Below, piece after piece: positions 7,725-17,697 of a stretch of DNA of 64,000 nucleotides. Positions within the stretch are counted from its first letter, which is position 1. The number at the start of each line of letters is the position of its first letter. A program made the translations under genes and the position numbers. The stretch covers positions 3,264,001 to 3,328,000 of the forward strand of contig OZ241867.1 in NCBI GenBank assembly GCA_965203175.1, in the 5' to 3' direction. The stretch is from Candidatus Latescibacterota bacterium. Lineage in GTDB: Bacteria > Latescibacterota > UBA2968 > UBA8231. Under the pieces are notes generated by a model, which was not told the DNA's origin, ran no database searches, and saw only the letters and a list, made by a program, of their open reading frames with translations.

Positions 7725-9623
7725 TTATGCGGGGTAGAGGCCGCTGCGGGCTAGGGATTCCCAACATCGCATGGGTGATTCTTCAAGTAGCGCCGAGACT
7801 TCCGCCTGGAGGTCGCTCGCGATTTCGCCCTCGGGACGCAAATGGGCTAGGCGACCCAGCGCATCCATGGCAAAGCCGACGCAGATGGCGTTCTCGTCGC
7901 TGCGGATGACTTCTTGCAAGGCCCGGGCGGTCGACTCCAGCGCCGGGCCGGCAATCGCGGTGCCGTGGGAACAGAGGATGACCATGGACCACAGCGCATT
8001 CTCGCGCACGGCCGAGCGCACCGGCTTGAACTGCTCGAGGCCAAAATCGACGCCACCGCCTTCGCACACATCGCATTCATCGGTGGGCCGCACGAACTTT
8101 ATGCTCCGCCCTTGCGCCCGGTCCATGGCCAGCCGGTTTTCCTCGCGGCCCAGACTCTGCACCAGCGCTTTGAGGCAGGCGGGTATCAGTGCTCGGCCGA
8201 CCCCAGTGGCGACGGCGCGGCGGCCGAGGCAGCCAAGAGTGCCAGCGGCGACGGCCCGGACATATACCGATGGATCTTCACGCAGGCGCGTTGCCACGGT
8301 CTGCAAAACTGCGTCGTTGAGGGGACTGGCGTCGCCCAAGCCGTACACGCCGGCCTTGCGGACCCATTTGATGGGGGAATTTGCCGCTTCTAGCAAAGTG
8401 TCGGTCGCCTCAGCACCGACGGCAATTAGGCCATAGGCGGCAGCCCGCCGGACGCTCTCTCGGTCGTTGTATAGAGCTTGACCGAGCAGCCGCACGGCCA
8501 GCGCCGGGTCGCCGATGGAGGCCAGCTTGTACGCCGCGCCAATACGCGCTGGCTCGGCCTCTTCGCCTTTGGCGAGGAGCTGGGTAAATAAGCGGTTGGA
8601 TTCCGCTTCCCGGTCTGCCGACGATAGGGCGGCGGCTTCGGGTCGCGGCGGCGGCGTTTGGCCCGTCTGCATCCAGTGGTGGTGATAGCGCCAGACCGAG
8701 GTTACGTCGTCGCTGGCTGCGGAGCGGTCGATGTGGGTCAGCGGGTCCACGCCAAGTCCGTTCCACTGCACTGCGGCTGGTGAGCCATTGTCGCCGGAAG
8801 GGTCCGTGGTGCGATAGATCCAGAAACGCCACATGAAGCGCGGGTTGTCTTCCCAAGTGCGCCAATCGTCGCGGCGGTGGTTGCCCCGGTGGAAGGTGTT
8901 ATGCGAGTACAACACGACGCTGCCGGCGCGCAGCGGAGCCGCTTCAAAAGGCTGTACGAGCGGCCACTTTAAGTTGGTGACCGCCTCCCGCATGCGCACG
9001 TCGTGTGCGGTGCGGCGATGGACGATATCGCTGGGGTCGTATTGCGAGTCGGGGCCGCTGACCATCTGGCCCTCCATGCCGCTGAGTTGGTAGGCGAAAT
9101 CGAGGTGGTCGGCCCCGGCGAAATTGTCGTGGTTTTCTTCGTGGTTGAAGGTCCAGTAGTGGGAGTAAGGCACGGTCGCCGTCGGGCCCATGTCCTCGCG
9201 CACGGCCTGCGGATAGTACAGCATTTCGATTTGCACGGCTTGGTGGTGGCGCTGTTTGCGGCCGTTGAACGGGCCGTTGTCGTCCTTGTGCCAGTGCTGG
9301 TCGCGGCCGCCGCTGGTGAAGGTCGCATTGTGGGTGAACGGCACAATGGCCCAGTTTTTGCCGACCAGTTGGTTGCAGGCCGCGACGACGCCAGGGGCGT
9401 TGATGACTTCGAGCACGTCTGGAATGAGTTCGGGCGTAACGCGCTCGCCAGTGCCGACCGCCTGCTTTTCGCGCTGGTAGATCCGCTCGTGGACTGCGGC
9501 TGGAATGCCTAGGCTTTCCGGGGAGAGGACGACTAGTCCGCGGCTGGCGAAGTCCTGTACTAGTTGTTCTGGCTCGCTGTAGGCTAGTTGGGCTGGGGCA
9601 GAAGAAAGCTCTTTCGCGGTCAT
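7725..9623 (-). CDS. PhyH-like Fe/2OG dioxygenase fused to HEAT repeats
   Basis: WHKD, GPTATVPYSH and TFHRG motifs; C-terminal HEAT_PBS repeats (ESVRRAAAYGL, WVRKAGVYGLG, YVRAVAAGTLG). Confidence 0.8.
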   Translation of the reverse strand: MTAKELSSAPAQLAYSEPEQLVQDFASRGLVVLSPESLGIPAAVHERIYQREKQAVGTGERVTPELIPDVLEVINAPGVVAACNQLVGKNWAIVPFTHNATFTSGGRDQHWHKDDNGPFNGRKQRHHQAVQIEMLYYPQAVREDMGPTATVPYSHYWTFNHEENHDNFAGADHLDFAYQLSGMEGQMVSGPDSQYDPSDIVHRRTAHDVRMREAVTNLKWPLVQPFEAAPLRAGSVVLYSHNTFHRGNHRRDDWRTWEDNPRFMWRFWIYRTTDPSGDNGSPAAVQWNGLGVDPLTHIDRSAASDDVTSVWRYHHHWMQTGQTPPPRPEAAALSSADREAESNRLFTQLLAKGEEAEPARIGAAYKLASIGDPALAVRLLGQALYNDRESVRRAAAYGLIAVGAEATDTLLEAANSPIKWVRKAGVYGLGDASPLNDAVLQTVATRLREDPSVYVRAVAAGTLGCLGRRAVATGVGRALIPACLKALVQSLGREENRLAMDRAQGRSIKFVRPTDECDVCEGGGVDFGLEQFKPVRSAVRENALWSMVILCSHGTAIAGPALESTARALQEVIRSDENAICVGFAMDALGRLAHLRPEGEIASDLQAEVSALLEESPMRCWESLARSGLYPA

Positions 9624-9705
9624 GTCAATTTATTCACCTTCCTTTTTGGTTTTATCCAATCTAACCAGGGGTTCTTTCCCGTTCAATTAGGCTACAGGAG
9701 TCATT

Positions 9706-10443
9706 ATGGCGCAAAAGAAGACGCTCAGACAACGGATGCGAGATGGTGAAGTGCTAACCGCCTTGCGCGGCTCGCTGACCACGACCAAGGAGGAATTGGC
9801 CGATATATGGTCAACCGGCCAGTTCGACTATATCTGGATCGACAGCCAGCACACCCCCTTCAGCGAAGAGCAATTGGTCGCCTACTGCCGGGCGGCCGAA
9901 GAGCTGGATATCGACGTGCAATTGCGCATCCCGCACACCCGGCAGGCCTACATGGTCGGGCGCTATTTCGACTTGGGTCCCAGCGCGGTTTTGATCCCCG
10001 AGGTCATGGAGCCGGAGACCGTAGATGACGCCATTGCCTATGCCTATTACGGCCCCATTGGACGGCGCAGTTGGGGGGGCGCAAATCGCCGCGGCCTGCA
10101 CGGCTCGACTCAAGGGATAGACCGACTCGCCTATGCGGCGTGGTGGAATGACTACGTGATTTTGGCGATCCAGGTGGAATCCGTCGAAGCGGTGACCAAT
10201 ATTCGCAGCTTGGCCAAGCCGGGCGTGAGCGTGGTCACGTTTGGGCCCAACGACCTTTCCTTTAGCTTGGAGGATCATCCGGACTATCCGCTGCGCACGG
10301 TCGATGACTGTATGCGCAATGTCGCCGCGCAATTGGCTGGTACTGGCATCAGTCTGGCCATGGGAACGGGTACTAGCCCCGAAGAACGCGACAAGTATCT
10401 GGATATGGGGTTTACGCTGTTCCAAGGAGATGCGCCGAGCTAG
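9706..10443 (+). CDS. HpcH/HpaI aldolase family protein
   Basis: FDYIWIDSQH, IQVES and FGPNDLS motifs. Confidence 0.85.
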   Translation: MAQKKTLRQRMRDGEVLTALRGSLTTTKEELADIWSTGQFDYIWIDSQHTPFSEEQLVAYCRAAEELDIDVQLRIPHTRQAYMVGRYFDLGPSAVLIPEVMEPETVDDAIAYAYYGPIGRRSWGGANRRGLHGSTQGIDRLAYAAWWNDYVILAIQVESVEAVTNIRSLAKPGVSVVTFGPNDLSFSLEDHPDYPLRTVDDCMRNVAAQLAGTGISLAMGTGTSPEERDKYLDMGFTLFQGDAPS

Positions 10444-10505
10444 TTTTTGGCCGCTAGCCGTATGTTAATCGTCCATTACTAAACCGACCTTTCGGAGGAT
10501 ACGCT

Positions 10506-11489
10506 ATGTACATTGGATCGCAATTTGGGGAACAGACCGACGAAGAAATGAAGGTCTTGTCGCAACTCGGCATCAAGAACGTCGATCAGACTCCTTCCGC
10601 GCCGTGGCGGGAATGGAGCACGGAGATGCTGCAGCGGATGAAGGAGCGGTGGGCTAAACACGACATCAGCATGGAGATGATCCACATCCCCTTGGGCTCG
10701 CGCAGCGCCTACCAAAACGAGGCCGGGGCGATCTTTCTCAAACCGAGCGACGAGCGCGACCGCCAGATCGACTGGATGAAAGAGACGGTGCGGATGGCGG
10801 GCGAGGCCGGCATCCGCGGCCTCAACTACAATATCACCATCTTGGGCCATCTGCGGACGCCTTCGAAGACGGGGCGCGGAGGGGCCACGGTATCGACCTT
10901 TGAGTTGGACAAATTGGACCAGTCGCTGGGCGAGTTTGAAGACGGGCCAGCCGATGAAGACGAAATGTGGGAGCGCATTGACCACTGGCTGCAGGAGATC
11001 ATACCCGTGGCCGAAGAGTACAAAGTCCAGATGGCCTGCCATCCGTCCGACCCGGGCATTGGCGTGGGCAATACGTATCGGGGCGTGGCGCGCCCCCTGG
11101 GGATGGTCGAGGGTTTCAAAAAGCTCATCGCGCTCTACGATAGTCCGTACAACGGCCTGAATTTTTGCCAGGGCTGCATGTCCGAGGCGCTGGCCAATCC
11201 GGCGGAGGAAATTTTTGATGTCATTCGCTACTTCGGCGAGCGCAAGAAGATTTTCAACGTCCACTTCCGCAATATCAAAGGGGGCTTGGGGAGCTTCGTC
11301 GAGGTCTTTCCCGACGAAGGCGATGTCAATATGATCCGGGCGCTGAAGGTGTACAAGGAGGTCGGCTACGAGTACATGATCATGCCGGATCACGTCCCCG
11401 GGATCAGTGGCCCCGAGCCGGGCAAAGTCGGGTTTGCCTATACCTTTGGCTATATCCACGCGGCCTTGCAGGCGGTGGAGGAGTTCTAA
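10506..11489 (+). CDS. uxuA: Mannonate dehydratase family protein
   Basis: MACHPSDP, NGLNFCQG, VHFRNIKG, EGDVNM and MPDHVP motifs. Confidence 0.85.
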   Translation: MYIGSQFGEQTDEEMKVLSQLGIKNVDQTPSAPWREWSTEMLQRMKERWAKHDISMEMIHIPLGSRSAYQNEAGAIFLKPSDERDRQIDWMKETVRMAGEAGIRGLNYNITILGHLRTPSKTGRGGATVSTFELDKLDQSLGEFEDGPADEDEMWERIDHWLQEIIPVAEEYKVQMACHPSDPGIGVGNTYRGVARPLGMVEGFKKLIALYDSPYNGLNFCQGCMSEALANPAEEIFDVIRYFGERKKIFNVHFRNIKGGLGSFVEVFPDEGDVNMIRALKVYKEVGYEYMIMPDHVPGISGPEPGKVGFAYTFGYIHAALQAVEEF

Positions 11490-12277
11490 TGCAAAGAAAA
11501 GGCGTTTCCTTTTCCGTTTTTACCAAAATGTGGCAGGACAAATCTCCAACCGAACTCGGAGAGTTTGTACTCGATTTGGGCTTCGACGGCATTGAACTGC
11601 CCGTGCGTGCGGGTTATCCAGTGCCCCCCGAAAGTGTTGGACGCGATTTGCCCAAAGCGGCACAGGAACTCAGCGCCTTGGGTGTTGCCATTACCAGTGT
11701 GGCCGGACCGACGGACGAAGCAACCATTGTGGCTTGCGGCGCTGCCGGAGTTTCAGTCATTCGCACCTGCCCAGCTATCATTTCTGAAGGGTATTTAGCC
11801 AGCATAGAAGGTCACCAGCGAGCCTTTGACGCCCTGATTCCCTTGCTCGACAAACACGGGGTGGCTTTGGGCATCCAAAATCACGAAGGCCAATGGGTGT
11901 GCAATGCCATGGGTATAAAACACCTAATTGACCGCTACGATCCCAGCCATATCTGCGCCATACCCTGTGCCGGGCACACGGCTCTCAACGGAGAATCCCC
12001 CGAGATGGCGATCGATATCGTCTGGTCGCATCTGTCCCAGTTCAAGCTCAAGAATGCGTACTGGCGGCGGCAGACCGGACCGGAAGCGGAAAACGTGGAA
12101 TGGCGTCCTTATTGGACCACGGGACGGCAGGGCTTGGCGTCGTGGCCGCGGTCGGTCGCGGAACTGAAACGAAGGGGTTTCAGCGGTGTCGTCTGCATGG
12201 ATGCCGAATACCACGATGCAGCCTCCACAGAACGACTCCTCGCCGAAGACCTGGCCTTTGCCAAATCTCTGTTTTGA
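11489..12277 (+). CDS. Sugar phosphate isomerase/epimerase (xylose isomerase-like TIM barrel)
   Basis: LGFDGIELPVR and IQNH motifs; TAATG stop/start overlap with uxuA. Confidence 0.8.
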   Translation: MQRKGVSFSVFTKMWQDKSPTELGEFVLDLGFDGIELPVRAGYPVPPESVGRDLPKAAQELSALGVAITSVAGPTDEATIVACGAAGVSVIRTCPAIISEGYLASIEGHQRAFDALIPLLDKHGVALGIQNHEGQWVCNAMGIKHLIDRYDPSHICAIPCAGHTALNGESPEMAIDIVWSHLSQFKLKNAYWRRQTGPEAENVEWRPYWTTGRQGLASWPRSVAELKRRGFSGVVCMDAEYHDAASTERLLAEDLAFAKSLF

Positions 12278-12280
12278 GGG

Positions 12281-13276
12281 TTATCCGGCGCGAAATCCCA
12301 CTTCGACCCCATCCCCTACATCGACCGTGGCTCGCAGCACCCGGGGCCGCACTAACTCCGCGGTCTGCGCTACGCCATCGACCCATATGCGGGGAAAGTT
12401 GCACCAGGCCGCCGGCACTTCCGCTTCAAAGGTCAGCTCCTTGCAAGCTACGCCGGCGGGCAGATCGGTGAAAGAGATTTGATACCGTCGCTCATCGACG
12501 CTGTCGCCAACAACGTCAATGGCGGCGTGACGCCGGCTCAGATGATAGAACACGACTTCTTCGGGCACGGCGCACCAGACTTCGTCACCGCCCTCTGCAA
12601 GGACTATCTCCAAGCGCTTGCGAAGCTGGACTGCGGAGCAATCCTTATTGATGTGGATGGGCTCTTCGATCGGGCAGTGGCAGTAGTCGATGACCCAACC
12701 GCGGGACTGGCGGGCGGGGAGAATATTGCGGAAGGGGTCGTGTTTGCTGAAGAAAGGAGGGGGGTATTCGTGGATCAGAGGACTGCGGTCGAGCCAATAG
12801 CACTCGTCTGCGGGGCGATTGATTCCCTCTCTGATACTCATCGCGCCCAAATAGCCGAGTTGGCGGCAGGCATCGAGAATGTGCGGGGCCATATTGCGGT
12901 TGCTGCCGGGGGCACAATACAGTGGCACCGGCGCGTCAATGGCTTGCTCTAAAACCTCCCTGGCCACGCGCAGCTCCTGATCGACCATCTCGGGTTTGAT
13001 AAAGACGTGCGTCCACGAGTGATTGCCAACGCCCCAGCCGCGCGCCATCAGGTCTTTTAGCTCATCGGCATTCATGTGCCGGTAACCATTGAAGCTCGAC
13101 CCGTCGATCTGGCGCACTTCTCCCATTTGCCCGACGACCACTTCCAAGTGCCCGGGAATGCCGAATTCTTCGTGATAGGGCACGGCAAAGCGGTGCAGAT
13201 CGATTAGGGCCTCGTCGTAGGTAATGGAGTAAACCCAGCGTTTGCCGTATTTCCAATCGCAAATGCGCAGCGACAT
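12281..13276 (-). CDS. Polysaccharide deacetylase (CE4/NodB-like) family protein, paralog 2
   Basis: YSITYDE and GNHSWTH motifs; start set at MSLRICDWKY by alignment with the adjacent paralog. Confidence 0.75.
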   Translation of the reverse strand: MSLRICDWKYGKRWVYSITYDEALIDLHRFAVPYHEEFGIPGHLEVVVGQMGEVRQIDGSSFNGYRHMNADELKDLMARGWGVGNHSWTHVFIKPEMVDQELRVAREVLEQAIDAPVPLYCAPGSNRNMAPHILDACRQLGYLGAMSIREGINRPADECYWLDRSPLIHEYPPPFFSKHDPFRNILPARQSRGWVIDYCHCPIEEPIHINKDCSAVQLRKRLEIVLAEGGDEVWCAVPEEVVFYHLSRRHAAIDVVGDSVDERRYQISFTDLPAGVACKELTFEAEVPAAWCNFPRIWVDGVAQTAELVRPRVLRATVDVGDGVEVGFRAG

Positions 13277-13341
13277 AATCAATCCTTCGCATCAAACGGT
13301 TTTTAGGCAGTTGTTGTACTGCGACCTACTACTTATCTAAC

Positions 13342-14343
13342 TCAGGAAGTTAAAGGACGAAACTGTAACTCCGTCCCGTCTTCCACCTCCACCGTCGTCC
13401 GCAGCAGGCGAGAGCGCACCACAGAGGCCGACTGGGGCACCCCGTTTACCCACACTCGGGGAAAATTGCACCAAGCCGTTGGCACCTCCACTTCAAAGGT
13501 TAACTCCCGACGCTCAACCCGGCCAGGCAATGCCTCATAGCGGATCCGGTATCGCTGTTCGCAAGCCGTTGCGGCCACGGTTTCGACCACGGCGTGCCGT
13601 CGGCACAAGTGATAGGAAATGACCTCTTCGGGCACGGCGCACCAGACTTGGTCGCCGCCCTCTTCGATGATCGTCTGCAAACGCAGGCGCAATTGCGCTT
13701 CCGAACAGTCTTTGTTGGGGTGAACGGCCTGTTCCAACGGGCAGTGGCAGTAGTCTATAATCCAGCCCTTGGACTCTTGGGCCAGCAGAATATGGCGGAA
13801 CGGGTCGTAAGCGCTGTAAAAGGGCTCCTCATAGCTTTCGTGCAACGGCGTGCGATTGAGGTAGTACAGTTCATCGCTCGCCGCGTTCACCCCATCCGTT
13901 ATGCTCATGGTGCCCAAGTAACCGAGTTGGCGACAGGCATCCAGCACGTAGTCGGACATATTTTCAATGCCGTTGGGGGCGCAGTACAACAGCACAGGAG
14001 CGCCGATAGCCTGTTCTATAACATCGCGAGACAGGCGGATTTCTTGGTCGACCATATCGGGCCTGATAAAGTGGTGACTCCAGCCGTGGTTGCCCACGCC
14101 CCAGCCACGGGTGAGCAAATCCTTGAGCTCATCGCCATTCATGTGCCGATAGCCGTTGAAGCTGGAAGTGCCGATATTGCGGATTTCGCCGATCTGCTGG
14201 CCCACGACCTCTACGTGTCCGGGAATGCCGAATTCCTCGTGATGGGGAATGGCAAAGCGGTGTAGATCGGCCAGTGCCTCGTCGTAGGTAATCGAATAGA
14301 CCCAGTTCTTGCCGTATTTCCAGTCGCAGATGCGCAGGGCCAT
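13342..14343 (-). CDS. Polysaccharide deacetylase family protein, paralog 1
   Basis: YSITYDE and GNHGWSH motifs; clearly similar to 12281-13276. Confidence 0.75.
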   Translation of the reverse strand: MALRICDWKYGKNWVYSITYDEALADLHRFAIPHHEEFGIPGHVEVVGQQIGEIRNIGTSSFNGYRHMNGDELKDLLTRGWGVGNHGWSHHFIRPDMVDQEIRLSRDVIEQAIGAPVLLYCAPNGIENMSDYVLDACRQLGYLGTMSITDGVNAASDELYYLNRTPLHESYEEPFYSAYDPFRHILLAQESKGWIIDYCHCPLEQAVHPNKDCSEAQLRLRLQTIIEEGGDQVWCAVPEEVISYHLCRRHAVVETVAATACEQRYRIRYEALPGRVERRELTFEVEVPTAWCNFPRVWVNGVPQSASVVRSRLLRTTVEVEDGTELQFRPLTS

Positions 14344-14358
14344 AGTTCTGTTGCCTTT

Positions 14359-15165
14359 TTATTTGTCTATCGTTGCAACGGCGGCTTGGAAGTCCGCCCA
14401 TGTGGTGGAATAACCTACGGCTATTTCAAAGCGGTGAATGCCATAGCGCGTGGCCAGACGCTCGGGAAAGGTATCGGGCGTTTCCACGCCCACTGTGCCG
14501 TCCCGCATGAGAATACAGCGGTAGCCCGCTCGCAGCATGGGGCGGCCTCCCCCCTCTGAGTTGAGAATGCACATATCCGCGGCAAAGCCCGTATAGATGA
14601 GGGTCTCAACGCCGCGCTCTTGCAGGTAGGCGTCGAGCTGGTCGGTGTAAAAGACGAGGGGCTCGTCCCCTATTGGCTCGACGATTTTGGCCCTTTTCAT
14701 GCGCGCAGCGGGCGATTTGGCCAGATCGACGCCGGTCGATCTTTTTTCAATGGTTTGCAATTCGCCGGTGCGGACGATGGTCCAGCGGTCCGACTGGGTC
14801 TGCAGAGAGGCCGCGCGGCGCTGGTTTTCCGGGGTGCGGCGAGAGGGCACCTGGGGGTAGTGCTTGTCAAAATCATCGGGCTCGACGTGGCACACCGGCA
14901 TACCGATCCGCCGGGCAATATCCATGGCTGGCCGGATCACTTCTTCCATGACGCGCCAAGACTCTTCGGTGGCCTGAGGCCAGCCCATGCCCGTGACGTA
15001 GTTGACGTCGATCTCAGGGCCATCCGGCAGCCCCACATTCCAGCAGTGCAAACCAATGAGCGCCGTGCGCTCCACTGGCAACTCGAAGACGTCCTCTGCG
15101 TAGCCGGCTTTGTCTATGGGCAGGGCGCGGTAATGGCGAGTCTTGAGTTTAAGCGTCTTACTCAA
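14359..15165 (-). CDS. Isochorismatase-like cysteine hydrolase
   Basis: TLIYTGFAADMCI and GYRCILMRDGT motifs. Confidence 0.75.
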   Translation of the reverse strand: MSKTLKLKTRHYRALPIDKAGYAEDVFELPVERTALIGLHCWNVGLPDGPEIDVNYVTGMGWPQATEESWRVMEEVIRPAMDIARRIGMPVCHVEPDDFDKHYPQVPSRRTPENQRRAASLQTQSDRWTIVRTGELQTIEKRSTGVDLAKSPAARMKRAKIVEPIGDEPLVFYTDQLDAYLQERGVETLIYTGFAADMCILNSEGGGRPMLRAGYRCILMRDGTVGVETPDTFPERLATRYGIHRFEIAVGYSTTWADFQAAVATIDK

Positions 15166-15170
15166 TGGAC

Positions 15171-16430
15171 TTATCCCACCCGATTGCGGTCCGCCACTTC
15201 TGCGACGATGGCCGCGATCATCTCTATGTGTTCATCTTCCCATTTTTCGGAAATCGAGCAGGTGCGGACCCAGTTTTCGAGAAAAGCCCAGGCCGTGGGG
15301 CAAGTAGCGGAACTGTAGTGGTACACATGCGAGGCCGGTGGCCGCGAAAACGGGTACTTGTTGGCGTCCACGTATTCCTGGAGAAAGGGAAGGGCGGCAG
15401 GCATCAGGTAATACTTGCCCTGGCCCGCTCCATTTACTCCAGCTTCTAGTACCTGGGCGGCAAACTCCTCACCCGTGCATTTGAAGGCCTCTGGATCGAT
15501 GCTGAAGCTGGACATCCAGGCAGAATATTTGGTGACGTAGTCGGGAATGGGCAATGGCGTAATGCCGTCAATAGAGGAGAGCTTGTCCGTGATCAGCCGC
15601 ACGGTGCGGTCGATCTTGGCTACCTGAGCGCGGATGGTCTCCAGTTGACCCAGGCACAACGCCGCGGTCATGCGGCTCATATCGTAGGCATGACCAAAGG
15701 CCGTGTGGGTGCGGCCGAAGTGGGGCACATCCACCCCGGCGCGGCCCGAACTGAGGAAGCGCACTTTTTCCGCTAGTTCGTCATCGTCCGTAGCGATGCA
15801 ACCTCCTTTATCCGAACTGAAGGTTTTCTCCGAATCCAGCGAGAAGGCCGAAGCCGTTCCGAGGGTGCCGACGACGCGCCCCTTGTATTCGCTGAATATG
15901 GCCTGACAGATGTCCTCGTAGACGATCAGTCCGTGTTTGGCGGCCAATTCGTTGATCGGATCCATATCGTTGGGCAGGCCACATTTGTGTACCGCCAAAA
16001 TTGCCCGCGTGCGATCGGTGATGCAGGGCTCTATGGTCTCAGCACTGAAATTGACCGTGCCCGGTGCCGTATCGGGGAAAACGGGAATATAGTTGTGCAT
16101 GAGCACGCCGTACACAGTGCCGTAATCGGTGAGCGGGCTGATGATGACCTCGTCGCCGGGATCGAAGTCAAAGGCCAGCGCTAGGGCGGCCATGGCCGTG
16201 GTGCAGGTGGGGGTGGCGATGCAGTGCTTGACGCCCAGTTCCGCGGCGAACGCCTGCTCGAACTTGCCCACTGAATCGAGGGTTAGCCCCGAATCCAATA
16301 CCTCCTGGACGTACTTTAGACTATTGGGGCCTATGGTGCGGGGAAAGAGAGGGGGCACGATGCCTTCGCTGCTGTGGGCTTCGGCCCCGCGCTTGATGGG
16401 TTTGTGAACCAGTGCTGGTTGCTGGGACAT
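15171..16430 (-). CDS. DegT/DnrJ/EryC1/StrS PLP-dependent aminotransferase
   Basis: PGDEVI, ITDRTRAILAVH, VYEDICQA and FSLDSEKTF (PLP lysine). Confidence 0.9.
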   Translation of the reverse strand: MSQQPALVHKPIKRGAEAHSSEGIVPPLFPRTIGPNSLKYVQEVLDSGLTLDSVGKFEQAFAAELGVKHCIATPTCTTAMAALALAFDFDPGDEVIISPLTDYGTVYGVLMHNYIPVFPDTAPGTVNFSAETIEPCITDRTRAILAVHKCGLPNDMDPINELAAKHGLIVYEDICQAIFSEYKGRVVGTLGTASAFSLDSEKTFSSDKGGCIATDDDELAEKVRFLSSGRAGVDVPHFGRTHTAFGHAYDMSRMTAALCLGQLETIRAQVAKIDRTVRLITDKLSSIDGITPLPIPDYVTKYSAWMSSFSIDPEAFKCTGEEFAAQVLEAGVNGAGQGKYYLMPAALPFLQEYVDANKYPFSRPPASHVYHYSSATCPTAWAFLENWVRTCSISEKWEDEHIEMIAAIVAEVADRNRVG

Positions 16431-16560
16431 TAGACTCTCCTGTGGGAGCTAAACATTTATTATTGATTTGAATCGCCGCATTTTTTCAGTCGTTGCGACC
16501 CAACCTATCCCTTTTGTCTATTGGGTGTCAAGTCTTGCCGATTGCAAGTGGGGCTCGGCC

Positions 16561-17400
16561 CTATGGCTGTTCGCGCTCGGCTTGCTTTAGATGTTGAAAA
16601 TCCCGCAGTAACCGCTGCCCTTCTTCCCGGCGTCCCTGTTTGAGATAAAGCTGAGCTAGACGGTAGTGGGTGGGAATGTGGTGGGGATCTTTTTTGAGCG
16701 CTTGCTGGTAGAGATAAGCGGCCTCTGTTGGCTCTCCTTGCTTCTCTAGGACGGCGCCTAGACGGCAATAGGGGTCGGCAAAGTCGGAATTCACCTGAAT
16801 AGCCTGCTGGAAATAGTTTCTGGCAGCTTCCAATTCGTTTTCTCGCTCACTGACCACCCCTAGATCGTAGTAGATTTTTGCCCGTTTTACTCCCAACTCA
16901 AGAGCGCGTCGATAGGCCTTCTTGGCTTCGGCATAATCGCGAAGGTCCATGTAGCTTTTTCCGAGATGCATGAGGAAAATCCCATTCTCGGGTGCTTGGG
17001 CGATGGCCCTTTTGTAGTACGGAATGGCTTCCCCCGATCTTCGCTGCAGCGTATAGGCCAAACCGATCTGGTCCAGGGCCAGGGCAAAGTCTGGCTTCAG
17101 ATGCACGGCCCGGCTGAATTCTCCAATCGCTTCTTCATACTGACCATTTTGCAGGTAGCGACGACCGCGACGATAGTAAATCTCGGCAGCAAGCTGCTCC
17201 TCTTGTTCGACTTTTAGCGGTTGGGGTTTGCCTTCCTTTTGCGCGTTGGGTGACGGCTCATCAGCCGGTGTTTGTCGTTCTTTCTCATCGCAGCCGATCC
17301 ATCCCCAACTGCTCACAAAAAGAGCTAGGAGCAGCCCCAGCAGACGGTCGCGTCCGGTATGGTTCCGCGATGCGCTTAGAAGCCGTTGCTGATGCGCCAA
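16561..17400 (-). CDS. TPR-repeat lipoprotein
   Basis: About six TPRs; lipobox-like WIGC; TTG start after AGGAG. Confidence 0.85.
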   Translation of the reverse strand: MAHQQRLLSASRNHTGRDRLLGLLLALFVSSWGWIGCDEKERQTPADEPSPNAQKEGKPQPLKVEQEEQLAAEIYYRRGRRYLQNGQYEEAIGEFSRAVHLKPDFALALDQIGLAYTLQRRSGEAIPYYKRAIAQAPENGIFLMHLGKSYMDLRDYAEAKKAYRRALELGVKRAKIYYDLGVVSERENELEAARNYFQQAIQVNSDFADPYCRLGAVLEKQGEPTEAAYLYQQALKKDPHHIPTHYRLAQLYLKQGRREEGQRLLRDFQHLKQAEREQP

Positions 17401-17425
17401 GGGTTACGCTCCTGATACTCGACAA

Positions 17426-17577
17426 CTTAGTACACGACAGTAGAGCGGTATGGGATGCTTCGCTCAGCATGACAACATGAGGCGTCATCACCTGTCATGC
17501 TGAGCGGAGCGAAGCGGAGTCGAAGCATCTCAAACCGCTCGTGCCGAACGTCCATTGTAGTACTAGCGTGTACTTAG
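17426..17577. mobile_element. 152-bp MITE with imperfect TIRs and 8-bp target-site duplication
   Basis: Direct repeat CTCGACAA at 17418-17425 and 17578-17585; ends CTTAGTACACGACAGTA vs reverse-complement CTAAGTACACGCTAGTA (14/17); long internal palindrome. Confidence 0.75.
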
Positions 17578-17611
17578 CTCGACAATATAGCGCAAAAATC
17601 TAAAGACTCCG

Positions 17612-17660
17612 GCGGTCGGCTCAAAAAGTCGACGCGCTGAGCTGGTAAAGAGCCGACCGC
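17612..17660. repeat. 11-bp perfect inverted repeat
   Basis: GCGGTCGGCTC ... GAGCCGACCGC in the divergent intergenic region. Confidence 0.55.
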
Positions 17661-17697
17661 TTGCACCCGATACCTCTACAGAGTATCTATATTTCTC

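Noticed and set aside
10479-11459. 326-aa minus-strand ORF and many similar long overlapping ORFs (e.g. 24214-25065, 31214-32113)
   Set aside because: Antisense or alternate-frame shadows of well-supported genes, expected in GC-rich DNA.
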